Shown here piece by piece: positions 7,831 to 15,894 of a stretch of 32,209 nucleotides of DNA. Within the stretch, counting starts at the first letter, position 1. Every line of letters starts with the position of its first letter. The notes beneath the pieces are model-generated. The model made no database searches. It had not been told where the DNA came from and saw only the letters and a list, made by a program, of their open reading frames with translations. The position numbers were made by a program, and so were the translations under genes. The stretch comes from Acidobacteriaceae bacterium. GTDB taxonomy: Bacteria; Acidobacteriota; Terriglobia; Terriglobales; Acidobacteriaceae. The stretch covers positions 1 through 32,209 of the forward strand of contig JBEEGK010000020.1 of NCBI GenBank assembly GCA_041166845.1, in the 5' to 3' direction.

Positions 7831-9924
7831 CTACTTAAGCCGCGTCCCAAGTGGCACGTCCTCCAGAAAGCTTGCCAGCACTGCCTTTCCGCCCTCTGGA
7901 GATGCCGCCACAATCATCCCGTTCGATTCCAATCCGCGCATTCTTCGGGGAGCGAGGTTGGTCACGACTACGACTTTGCGTCCGATCAATGATTCGGGCG
8001 CATACGATTCCGCAATACCCGCGAGCACTTGGCGGATTTCGGTCCCAAGGTCAACTTCGAGCCGCAGCAGCTTGTCGGCGCCCTTCACTTTTTCCGCCAC
8101 AGTTACCTGGGCCACACGCAATTCAACTTTCGCAAAATCATCAATGCTGATTTTCTCTTTCCCTGGTTCCACGCTCGGCTGCGACGTAGCCGCTGGGGCG
8201 TGCGCTGTTGCACCAGTTGCTCCCGCACCCTCGACTGCAAAAGTTGCACCCGTGCCGTGGGTAGGCTTGGCGGCAGGCGTTACTTGCGCTTCTGTTGCCC
8301 GCGCCGCAGTTTGCTGGGATGTTTCTCCCGCAACGCTGGGCCTTCCCTGATCCTCCATCTTCTGCATCCTTTCAATCGCACTCTTGTCAGCGCGCGGGAA
8401 AACGGCTTCCACTTTGCCCAGCTTGGTTCCTAAACGAAGCTGTCCCCATTTAAGATCTGAGAGCTCTAACTTTTGGATGTCGCCCAGTCCCATCTGCGCC
8501 CAGATTTTCGTCGTTGCATCTGGAATCACTGGATGCGCAACCGCTGTCACAATCCGCAACGCCTCGGCGCTCGTGTACAAGATTGTGGCCAAGCGCGAGC
8601 GGCTCACTTCATCCTGCTTTTCGCCGTAAGCCCAAGGCTCGTTCTCGACAATGTATTTGTCTACCGCCGCGATCAGGCGAATCCATATTGCTTCCAGCCC
8701 CGCTGAGAATTTGTACTCAGTAAAGGATTGGTTGCATTCTCGAATCACAGTTTCCGCGGCTTGACGGATGGCGTGGTCAGCCGGAGTGAGCGAAGCGCTG
8801 CCTGACGGATATGGAATCTCGCCGCGAAAATAACGCGTAATCATCGTCAACGTGCGGCTGGCTAGATTGCCCAGACCGTTGGCCAGATCAGAGTTGTAGC
8901 GCTGAACCAGAGCATCGAACGAGAACGATCCGTCTTGGCCGAAGATGATTTCACGCAGCAGAAAATATCGCAGCGCGTCCGCGCCCAAAACGTCGAGTAT
9001 CGTCTCAGTCCGGACAATGTTTCCCCGCGACTTCGACATTTTGCTCTCTTCAAACAACAGCCAGCCGTGCGCTACGATGCTCTTCGGCAACGGCAGCTCC
9101 GCCGCCATCAGAAACGCCGGCCAATAAACGCAATGGAAACGGACAATTTCTTTGCCAATCATTTGCAGATCGGCGGGCCAGAATTTTTCGAATAACTTCG
9201 TATCGGACGATCCATAGCCGAGCGCGGTAATGTAGTTGGCGAGCGCGTCGAGCCATACGTAGATGATGTGTTTGGGATCGTCCGGAACCGGGATGCCCCA
9301 TGAAAATGTGCTCCGGCTGATAGAGAGATCGCGCAATCCCGAGCGCACGAACGACATCACTTCGTTGCGCCGGGTATCAGGACGAATAAAATTTGGATCG
9401 CCAGTGTAGAGGTCGAGCAGCCTGTCTTGAAACTCAGAGAGTTTGAAGAAGTAATTTTCTTCTTTCACTGTTTCCGTGGGACGTCCACACTCCGGACAAG
9501 GCGCGCCCGGCCCTACCGCGTCCACGTAGAGCTCATCGAATACGCAATACTGTCCGCTATATTCGCCCTTGTAGATGTATCCCTTATCGCGAATGCGCCG
9601 GAAAAGTTCCTGCACTCCTTGTTTATGTTTCTCTGAAGTGGTGCGGATAAAGTCATCGTACGTCAGTCCCATCCGGTCCCACAGCGCGCGAAACTCCGCA
9701 GAAACCTCATTCGTAAGCTGCTGCGGAGTTTTGCCGGCGGCCTGAGCCGCACGTTCGATCTTCTGTCCGTGCTCATCGGTGCCCGTGAGAAAAAACGTGT
9801 CCTTGCCCAGCATGCGTTGCCGCCGAGCGATCGCATCGCACGCAATCGTGGTATAGGCGTGGCCGATGTGCGGACGCGCATTCACGTAGTAAATCGGAGT
9901 CGTAATGTAAAACTTTTCGGTCAT
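7831..9924 (-). CDS. metG: Methionine--tRNA ligase with a C-terminal Trbp111/EMAP-like tRNA-binding domain
   Basis: MTEKFYITTPIYYVNARPHIGH is the HIGH region and KMSKS is present (SKMSKSRGN). The C-terminal domain reads DFAKVELRVAQV...VVVVTNLAPRRMRG. The ORF track starts 12 codons earlier at TTG 9960. I prefer ATG 9924 because the conserved N-terminus starts there and GGAAAG lies 7 nt upstream. Confidence 0.95.
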   Translation of the reverse strand: MTEKFYITTPIYYVNARPHIGHAYTTIACDAIARRQRMLGKDTFFLTGTDEHGQKIERAAQAAGKTPQQLTNEVSAEFRALWDRMGLTYDDFIRTTSEKHKQGVQELFRRIRDKGYIYKGEYSGQYCVFDELYVDAVGPGAPCPECGRPTETVKEENYFFKLSEFQDRLLDLYTGDPNFIRPDTRRNEVMSFVRSGLRDLSISRSTFSWGIPVPDDPKHIIYVWLDALANYITALGYGSSDTKLFEKFWPADLQMIGKEIVRFHCVYWPAFLMAAELPLPKSIVAHGWLLFEESKMSKSRGNIVRTETILDVLGADALRYFLLREIIFGQDGSFSFDALVQRYNSDLANGLGNLASRTLTMITRYFRGEIPYPSGSASLTPADHAIRQAAETVIRECNQSFTEYKFSAGLEAIWIRLIAAVDKYIVENEPWAYGEKQDEVSRSRLATILYTSAEALRIVTAVAHPVIPDATTKIWAQMGLGDIQKLELSDLKWGQLRLGTKLGKVEAVFPRADKSAIERMQKMEDQGRPSVAGETSQQTAARATEAQVTPAAKPTHGTGATFAVEGAGATGATAHAPAATSQPSVEPGKEKISIDDFAKVELRVAQVTVAEKVKGADKLLRLEVDLGTEIRQVLAGIAESYAPESLIGRKVVVVTNLAPRRMRGLESNGMIVAASPEGGKAVLASFLEDVPLGTRLK

Positions 9925-10025
9925 TCGCTGCTTTCCATAAATCGGCGACAAATCCGGCAACCGTCTAAGTTATGTCCAGTTTTTCTAGAATTGCAAAGGA
10001 GGTTTCAGCCCGTGCTGGAGCTTTT

Positions 10026-10054
10026 ATCATAGGGAAGGCAACAATTGCCGTCAA
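10026..10054 (-). promoter_or_regulatory. Candidate sigma-70-type promoter for the metG operon
   Basis: On the minus strand: TTGACG (10054-10049), a 17-nt spacer, then TATGAT (10031-10026). It sits about 100 nt upstream of ATG 9924. Confidence 0.4.
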
Positions 10055-10074
10055 ACAGGCGGCCTCGCGTGCTC

Positions 10075-10083
10075 TGCTACAAT
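10075..10083 (+). promoter_or_regulatory. Candidate extended -10 promoter for argS
   Basis: TGcTACAAT at 10075-10083, about 32 nt upstream of the TTG start at 10115. The start is preceded by AGAGGGA. No convincing -35 element. Confidence 0.3.
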
Positions 10084-10114
10084 CACTTTTTTCTTCAACA
10101 GCTTAGAGGGACTC

Positions 10115-12106
10115 TTGTATCGCGACCTGGAACGCCAGCTTGCCCAACACATCCGCGACTTTCTGCTGCGAACTTACGACGTTGAACTGCCGAAAATTGT
10201 TATAGAGCAGCCTCCTAAGGTGGAATTTGGAGAGTACGCCCTGCCGCTCGCCTTTGAACTGGCGAAAAAGCTTCGAAAAGCACCACGCAAAATAGCCGAA
10301 GAAATCGTAACCGGAATTGGTGCGATCGAGGGTTTCGAGAAGTTGCAGGTCGCGGGCGCGGGCTACATCAATGCCAGCGTGGACCGCGCCAAGTTTGCCG
10401 CGGCCGTGGCGGCGGATAAGAAGCTCGAGTCCGAAATTTCTTCTGGCAAAATTTTGGTCGAACATTCCAGCATCAACCCCAACAAAGCCGCGCACGTCGG
10501 ACACCTGCGTAACGCTATCCTCGGAGACACTTTTGTCCGTCTGCTGAAGTCGGCAGGGCACGAGGTGGATGTGCAGAACTACATTGACAACACCGGCGTG
10601 CAGGTCGCGGATGTAGTGGTTGGTTTTCTTCATATAGAGCAAAAATCGCGCGCGGAAATCGAGCAGCTCGTCCGCCACCCACGATTTGATTACTACTGCT
10701 GGGATCTGTACGCGCGAACATCCCAGTGGTACGCGCAAGATAAAGAGAATCTCAAACTTCGTTCGCAGACCTTGCACGATTTGGAGCAGGGCAACAACGA
10801 GGTCGCCGCGATTGCCGAAATCATCGCAGTAGCTGTTCTTCGGCGGCACCTCGAGACTATGGACCGACTGGATATCGAATACGATTTCCTGCCTCGCGAA
10901 AGTGAAATTCTAAAACTCCATTTCTGGGATGCTGCCTTTATTCAACTCAAAGAGCGTGGTGTGCTCTCCTTCGAAACGGAAGGTAAAAACAAGGGCTGTT
11001 GGGTGATGCGGCGCGGTGGAACTACCAAATCCAAAACGTCAGACGCGGAGACCGCCCCGAAAGAGTCCGAGCCAGAAGACGACGATGTTGCAGAAGAAGA
11101 TCAGAAGGTCATAGTGCGCTCTAACGGGACCGTCGGTTACGTTGGCAAAGACATTGCCTATCATTTGTGGAAGTTTGGCCTGCTTGGGCGCGACTTCGGA
11201 TACCGCAAGTTCTATCGTTATCCCAATCAGCACGATTGCTGGATTTCCACGATTGATGGTGAGCCGGAGCATCCTCACTTCGGAGACGTCGCGGAAATTT
11301 ATAACGTGATCGACGCCCGCCAGTCAGAAGCGCAGAACACTGTGATTGATGCCCTGCGCGCCCTGCAATACAACCAGCAAGCCAATCATTACACGCATTT
11401 TTCTTACGAGATGGTTGCGCTTACTCCGCGCTGTGCCGCCGAACTGGGTTATCAACTCTCGGACGAAGACAAACTTCGTTCCTACATCGAAGTTTCAGGA
11501 CGAAAGGGTTTCGGCGTGAAGGCAGACGATCTCATTGACCGTCTGATCGCCTCAGCGAAAAGTGAAGTGGATGCTCGACATCCACAGTTGAGCGAGGATG
11601 AGAGGCTTACCATCGCAACTCAGATTGCCATCGGCGCGCTGCGCTATTTCATGCTCAAAGTCACGAAGTCGTCGGTGATCGCTTTCGATTTCAAGGAGGC
11701 CCTGAGCTTCGAGGGCGAGACCGGTCCCTACGCTCAATATGCCGTGGTGCGTGCAAGCAACATATTCCGCAAGGGAGGAATTGATCCCGATCATTTTTCA
11801 GCGGATGTAAACTTTGCGAAATATCTCGCCGGAGAATCCGGCAACGAGATCTGGGAGCTATGGCTGGCTGCGTCGAAAACTTCTTACCTGATTGACCAAT
11901 GCATCAGTACTACCGAACCTGCATATTTAGCGAAACATGCGTTCCAGATGGCGCAGCTTTTCAACGCGTTTTATCATCGCCATCCCATTCTCAATGAGGC
12001 CGCCGAAGAGCGCAGAGACTTTCTGCTGGCAGCCGCGTGGATCGTCCGCCGGGAACTGACCCGTGTTTTAAGTGTGATGGGGATCACCGTCCCCGCAGCA
12101 ATGTAA
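10115..12106 (+). CDS. argS: Arginine--tRNA ligase (long form with an acidic insertion)
   Basis: N-terminal Arg-tRNA-synthetase add-on domain. The HIGH-type motif is SSINPNKAAHVGHLRN. The C-terminal anticodon-binding (DALR) region is PYAQYAVVRASNIFRK...AFYHRHPIL. The start is TTG with a GAGGG Shine-Dalgarno 4 nt upstream. Confidence 0.95.
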   Translation: MYRDLERQLAQHIRDFLLRTYDVELPKIVIEQPPKVEFGEYALPLAFELAKKLRKAPRKIAEEIVTGIGAIEGFEKLQVAGAGYINASVDRAKFAAAVAADKKLESEISSGKILVEHSSINPNKAAHVGHLRNAILGDTFVRLLKSAGHEVDVQNYIDNTGVQVADVVVGFLHIEQKSRAEIEQLVRHPRFDYYCWDLYARTSQWYAQDKENLKLRSQTLHDLEQGNNEVAAIAEIIAVAVLRRHLETMDRLDIEYDFLPRESEILKLHFWDAAFIQLKERGVLSFETEGKNKGCWVMRRGGTTKSKTSDAETAPKESEPEDDDVAEEDQKVIVRSNGTVGYVGKDIAYHLWKFGLLGRDFGYRKFYRYPNQHDCWISTIDGEPEHPHFGDVAEIYNVIDARQSEAQNTVIDALRALQYNQQANHYTHFSYEMVALTPRCAAELGYQLSDEDKLRSYIEVSGRKGFGVKADDLIDRLIASAKSEVDARHPQLSEDERLTIATQIAIGALRYFMLKVTKSSVIAFDFKEALSFEGETGPYAQYAVVRASNIFRKGGIDPDHFSADVNFAKYLAGESGNEIWELWLAASKTSYLIDQCISTTEPAYLAKHAFQMAQLFNAFYHRHPILNEAAEERRDFLLAAAWIVRRELTRVLSVMGITVPAAM

Positions 12107-12207
12107 AGCTGAGATGACATGTGCTGTGACTCGGAAGCGGCTCATCTAGGAATCGAGTGGATCGAAAACCCGTTGCAGTTAAGCTCGTCCGAGCTCGCGT
12201 TTTACAT

Positions 12208-12423
12208 TCACGCTTTGCCGCGTCCCGCAAGCATCATTCCAGCACCCACAACGACGAGCGCCACACTCGCGCCGACCGGCAGTAAAGATTCATGCTTTGT
12301 CGTAACTCCAACATGTACGTCTCCGAGATCGGCGCCATGATGCTGTGAATGTGGCAGCGGCACGAAGAAGGAAAGAATTCCCAGCACCATAACTACCAGA
12401 CCTATGGAAAACAATGCTTTCAT
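12208..12423 (-). CDS. Small two-TM membrane protein (possibly DUF3185-like), co-directional with pepA
   Basis: MKALFSIGLVVMVLGILSFFVPLP...LLPVGASVALVVVGAGMMLAGRGKA has two hydrophobic helices flanking a His-rich loop. ATG 12423 is preferred over the longer ORF-track start at 12444. The family guess is from memory. Confidence 0.5.
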   Translation of the reverse strand: MKALFSIGLVVMVLGILSFFVPLPHSQHHGADLGDVHVGVTTKHESLLPVGASVALVVVGAGMMLAGRGKA

Positions 12424-12462
12424 GAAGCCTCCAGTTTGCTGCAATCTTCAACGTGTCGACTT

Positions 12463-14019
12463 CTACGCTTTAAATTCCTGAGCGAATTCAACCAAGCTTC
12501 GCACCGCAATCCCTGACGGGCCTTTCGCAATCCATGGCTTGCCTTCTTCCATCCATGCGGTGCCAGCGATGTCGAGATGCATCCACGGAGTGTCTTCCGC
12601 AAACTCTTTCAGGAACATGGCTGCCGTAACCGCGCCGCCGCCGCGTCCTGCGGAGTTTACAATGTCCGCGATGTTAGAGCGAATGCTCTCCTGATATTCT
12701 TCGTCCAAAGGAAGCCGCCAGAATTTTTCCCCCGCCTTGAGCAGCGCGCGGCTAAAGCTCTCATACATCTTTTCATCGTTGGAGAATACTCCCGCATTCA
12801 CATGGCCCAGAGCGACCACGACCGCACCCGTCAAAGTCGCGGCATCAATCAGGTGAGTGCACCCCAACTGGCGGGCGTAACAGAGACCATCGGCCAGCAC
12901 GAGTCGTCCTTCAGCATCGGTGTTAATAATCTCAATGCTCTTGCCGGACATTGCGATTTGAATGTCGCCCGGTTTCTGCGCTTTTCCGGAAGGCATGTTC
13001 TCCGACGCACAAACAATCGCCGTCACTCTAACCTGCGGCTTCAGCAAGGCGATCGCCCGCATAGCGCCCAACATTGCGGCTCCGCCGGCCATGTCGTATT
13101 TCATTTTCTCCATGCCGTCCGAGGGCTTGATGGAAATGCCGCCGGTATCGAACGTGATGCCTTTACCCACCAGGCCAAGCACCGGCTTTTCGGGAACGCC
13201 CGCAGGTTCATAGCGCAGTATGATCAGGGCCGGAGGTTCGTCTGAACCCTGGGCAACTCCCCAAAACGCGCCCATTTTCAGTTCGCGGATTTTCTCTCCG
13301 CCGAATACTTCGATTTTTAGTCCGACCTCTTCGGCCATCTTCTTCGCGCGCTCCGCGAGAATCGTCGGGGTCATGTGATTTCCGGGCTCGTTGACCAAGT
13401 CGCGAGTGAAGTTCTGCGACTCTCCAATAATTCGCGCGCGATCCAGGGCCGCTTGCAACGCGGACTGCTCGCCAGCAGCGACGACTGTTATCGTGTCAAT
13501 CTTCTGGTCCTTGCGGTCGCTCTTGTATGTGTCAGGATCGAAGTTGCCGACAAATGCTCCCTCTACGACCGCCTTGACCGCTTCATCAGCTGGCATGGCT
13601 TTCTCCGGTGCCAGAAAAGCGAAACTTCGAATTCCCTTGGCCTTCAACATTCGTGTCGCAGTTCCCGCCAGCTTGCGGAGTTCCACCGATCCGAAGTTCT
13701 TTGCTTTGCCGCCACCAAGCAACAGCAGCCGTTTGGCTTTCAACTTGGCGGGCCGATGCAGCAGCGTGGATTCAAACATCTTGCCGGTAACTTCCCCGCC
13801 GGCAAGAACGTCGGCCACAGCAGCAAGCACCGTTTCGTCAACCGTTTCTACGGAAACTTCGGTCGCTTTATTGGACTCGTTGTTCTTAGAGGAATTCTTG
13901 TCGAGGCTTCCGTTGCCGGATTCGCCAGCGCTCTTTTTTGGGCTGCGGTCCAGCGCGACCACGACTAGGCATTCAGTTTCAACTTCGGCGGGATTTGAGA
14001 GAGAGAGATTTGTTTTCAT
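12463..14019 (-). CDS. pepA: Leucyl aminopeptidase (M17 family)
   Basis: NTDAEGRLVLAD signature, VGKGITFDTGGISIKP and MKYDMAGGA. Confidence 0.95.
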   Translation of the reverse strand: MKTNLSLSNPAEVETECLVVVALDRSPKKSAGESGNGSLDKNSSKNNESNKATEVSVETVDETVLAAVADVLAGGEVTGKMFESTLLHRPAKLKAKRLLLLGGGKAKNFGSVELRKLAGTATRMLKAKGIRSFAFLAPEKAMPADEAVKAVVEGAFVGNFDPDTYKSDRKDQKIDTITVVAAGEQSALQAALDRARIIGESQNFTRDLVNEPGNHMTPTILAERAKKMAEEVGLKIEVFGGEKIRELKMGAFWGVAQGSDEPPALIILRYEPAGVPEKPVLGLVGKGITFDTGGISIKPSDGMEKMKYDMAGGAAMLGAMRAIALLKPQVRVTAIVCASENMPSGKAQKPGDIQIAMSGKSIEIINTDAEGRLVLADGLCYARQLGCTHLIDAATLTGAVVVALGHVNAGVFSNDEKMYESFSRALLKAGEKFWRLPLDEEYQESIRSNIADIVNSAGRGGGAVTAAMFLKEFAEDTPWMHLDIAGTAWMEEGKPWIAKGPSGIAVRSLVEFAQEFKA

Positions 14020-14201
14020 GAGGATGATCTAAGTATCGTTTGCATCCCGCCAAAAGCGCAAGGCCATGTGACGATGCAGTAAAGATCAATGACGTTAACA
14101 ACTAATGAGGAGCTCGACGATAACTCTAGTTACCTGCGTCATGCCAGCAGACGGATTCCGGTTGTGGAACTCATCATTCCGGGCTGAAATACCCCCTAAC
14201 T

Positions 14202-15074
14202 ATGAAAAATTTGCAGATTTTCGCGCTGCTATTGTGTGCATCCGTGAGCCTTGCCTTCGGACAAGACAAAGTTTTCGATTGGACAGCCGCCAACGCAGAA
14301 ACTCTGCAACTCGTGCCAGCTGAATATCAGACCGGCCGTGTCTACCGGCCCGGTCCCGAGGGTGGCAACATCCACGTGGATATTGATTCGGAAAAACCGA
14401 TTACCATCGCTCTCACGCCATTCGATGAGTGGAACGCGGCCTTGCAGAATCCCGAGTACATGAGCCGCATCGAGTGGAGATGTCTTGATCGGCATGTCGT
14501 CAGCGCGACCTACACCTGTGAGTTGCCGCCTAACCGTGCCATGGTTCTTGTGCTACGGGATGAACGGAACGATCACGCAGCACTAACTGGTGTTGACATC
14601 ATTCTGGGGCGCAATGCCCGTCCCTTTTTGCCCGCGAACGACGTTCACATTCAGTATTACAGTTGGACTTGCGTTGACCATTGCCTGCAGCCCGAGTTTC
14701 AGTGGGTACGCCTGGTGAAGGAAAAGTACGCAGTGACTTCAACGCCCAAGATTTACAGCTTGTTGACTCCCGAACGAGACGGACAGCAGCTCAGCGTCAA
14801 GATTAAGTCCGCGTCGCCGATGGTGATTGCCGTGATGTCATCCCAACTGGCCGACAAGGTTTACGATTCCCCGGGAATGATGGCATCAGCATTGTCGAAC
14901 ACTTCCTGCAAGCAGCGCGGCGTGCAGTCCATGAACTTCGATTGCACCTTCAATCTCGCGGACGGTCCGCAATCGCTGATCGTTATGCCGGATGGTCCGC
15001 AAATCTCGCACAAGAAAGCCGAGATCGAGTTGCAGACGGTGAAGTGTGTGGGGAATTGCGATTTGATGAAATAG
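14202..15074 (+). CDS. Secreted hypothetical protein built from two homologous Cys-containing modules
   Basis: Signal peptide MKNLQIFALLLCASVSLAFGQ. There is an internal duplication (aa ~54-161 versus ~194-286) with the same C-x11-C ... C-x3-C pattern in each copy. No family recognised. Confidence 0.75.
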   Translation: MKNLQIFALLLCASVSLAFGQDKVFDWTAANAETLQLVPAEYQTGRVYRPGPEGGNIHVDIDSEKPITIALTPFDEWNAALQNPEYMSRIEWRCLDRHVVSATYTCELPPNRAMVLVLRDERNDHAALTGVDIILGRNARPFLPANDVHIQYYSWTCVDHCLQPEFQWVRLVKEKYAVTSTPKIYSLLTPERDGQQLSVKIKSASPMVIAVMSSQLADKVYDSPGMMASALSNTSCKQRGVQSMNFDCTFNLADGPQSLIVMPDGPQISHKKAEIELQTVKCVGNCDLMK

Positions 15075-15113
15075 TGGCTTTTGGCTCTACGTTTTGGCTT
15101 TTGGCCAAGAGCC
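15075..15113. repeat. 11-bp direct repeat (TGGCTTTTGGC, two copies, 20-bp period) embedded in an imperfect hairpin, in the convergent gap between the hypothetical gene and smpB
   Basis: Copies lie at 15075-15085 and 15095-15105. TTGGC (15094-98) can pair with GCCAA (15104-08), and GGCTC (15083-87) with GAGCC (15109-13). No U-tract on either strand, so it is not a canonical intrinsic terminator. Confidence 0.3.
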
Positions 15114-15122
15114 GCCCTCGCC

Positions 15123-15650
15123 CTACCGTCTGCGCGATCTAGCCACGGCCTCTTTCGCTTCTTTATCCGCCGTCCTGCGCCGCTCGGTTTCGCGCTTGTC
15201 CCACAGTTGCTTCCCTTTAGCCAGGGCGAGTTCCAGCTTGACCCTGCCGTTTTTGAAATACATGCGTGTCGGGATCAGCGTCTGCCCACGTTGCTGCGTT
15301 TTTCCAATGAGTTTGCGGATCTCCTCCGCGTGCATCAACAGCTTACGAGTACGCAGCGGAGCATGGTTGGCAATGTTCCCGTGCTCATATGGACCAATAT
15401 GACAGTTCAAAAGCCACAGTTCCCCATCTTTCAGCAATCCATAGGCATCTTTGAGGTTAGCCAGTCCTGCGCGCACGGATTTGACCTCCGTTCCGCTTAA
15501 AACTATCCCAGTCTCAAATTTTTCGAGCAAGAAGTAGTTATGAGAAGCGATCCTATTAACAGCAGCGTCGCGCTGTCCGGCGGCGGTCGGGTCGCGCTGA
15601 ACGTTCTTTGGAGGAGCAGATTTCGTCGGATGCGCTGTCTGGCGTGCCAT
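15123..15650 (-). CDS. smpB: SsrA-binding protein SmpB (with a ~30-aa basic N-terminal extension)
   Basis: IASHNYFLLEKFETGIVLSGTEVKSVRAG...LLNCHIGPYEHGN...RTRKLLMH...IPTRMYFKNGRVKLELALAKGK. Confidence 0.95.
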   Translation of the reverse strand: MARQTAHPTKSAPPKNVQRDPTAAGQRDAAVNRIASHNYFLLEKFETGIVLSGTEVKSVRAGLANLKDAYGLLKDGELWLLNCHIGPYEHGNIANHAPLRTRKLLMHAEEIRKLIGKTQQRGQTLIPTRMYFKNGRVKLELALAKGKQLWDKRETERRRTADKEAKEAVARSRRR

Positions 15651-15793
15651 GGCAATGATAGGTTATCTCAATAACTTCGGATGCGTATGGCGTGCGCCGA
15701 TTAAACGAGTACCGGATTGAATTTTGTTGCAGCAAAAGTGGCCCTAATGAGTGTAACTACCTTGTACAGCAGTCACTTCGCAATGGAAGGCGA

Positions 15794-15802
15794 TGCTATA
15801 AT
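15794..15802 (+). promoter_or_regulatory. Candidate extended -10 promoter for the secretin/pseudopilin genes
   Basis: TGcTATAAT at 15794-15802 has a perfect -10 hexamer with an upstream TG. It lies about 90 nt upstream of ATG 15895. Confidence 0.35.
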
Positions 15803-15894
15803 CACGCGAGCTTTCGTCTTCTCCAGCGGGTATAAATGAGTAAAGTTTGGGTATTCTTTGCCCTTTGTGCAAGACTGCCTGCGAGGAACCATTC

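Noticed and set aside
9925-9960. TTG start at 9960 for metG (ORF-track N-terminus MPDLSPIYGKQR)
   Set aside because: The conserved MetRS N-terminus begins at ATG 9924 (MTEKFYITTPIYY), which has a purine-rich stretch upstream. The 12 extra codons are probably 5' UTR.
10103-10849. 248-aa minus-strand ORF inside argS
   Set aside because: It is antisense to a strongly supported argS reading frame, with no recognisable motifs. This is a typical shadow ORF in GC-balanced coding DNA.
12182-12203. Possible intrinsic terminator after argS (AGCTC-GTCC-GAGCT followed by CGCGTTTT)
   Set aside because: The stem is only 5 bp, with 4 nt between the stem and a short T-run. The sequence is largely the palindrome CGAGCTCG. 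This is too weak to call.
12577-14032. Plus-strand ORFs of 197-222 aa (12577..13245, 13375..13968, 13391..14032) antisense to pepA
   Set aside because: Shadow ORFs with a skewed Arg/Ser/Ala composition. The minus strand encodes a full M17 aminopeptidase.
15651-15894. Possible tmRNA (ssrA) next to smpB
   Set aside because: The divergent gap is only 244 bp. It shows no tRNA-like acceptor/T-arm ending in CCA and no tag-reading-frame features. ssrA is presumably elsewhere.
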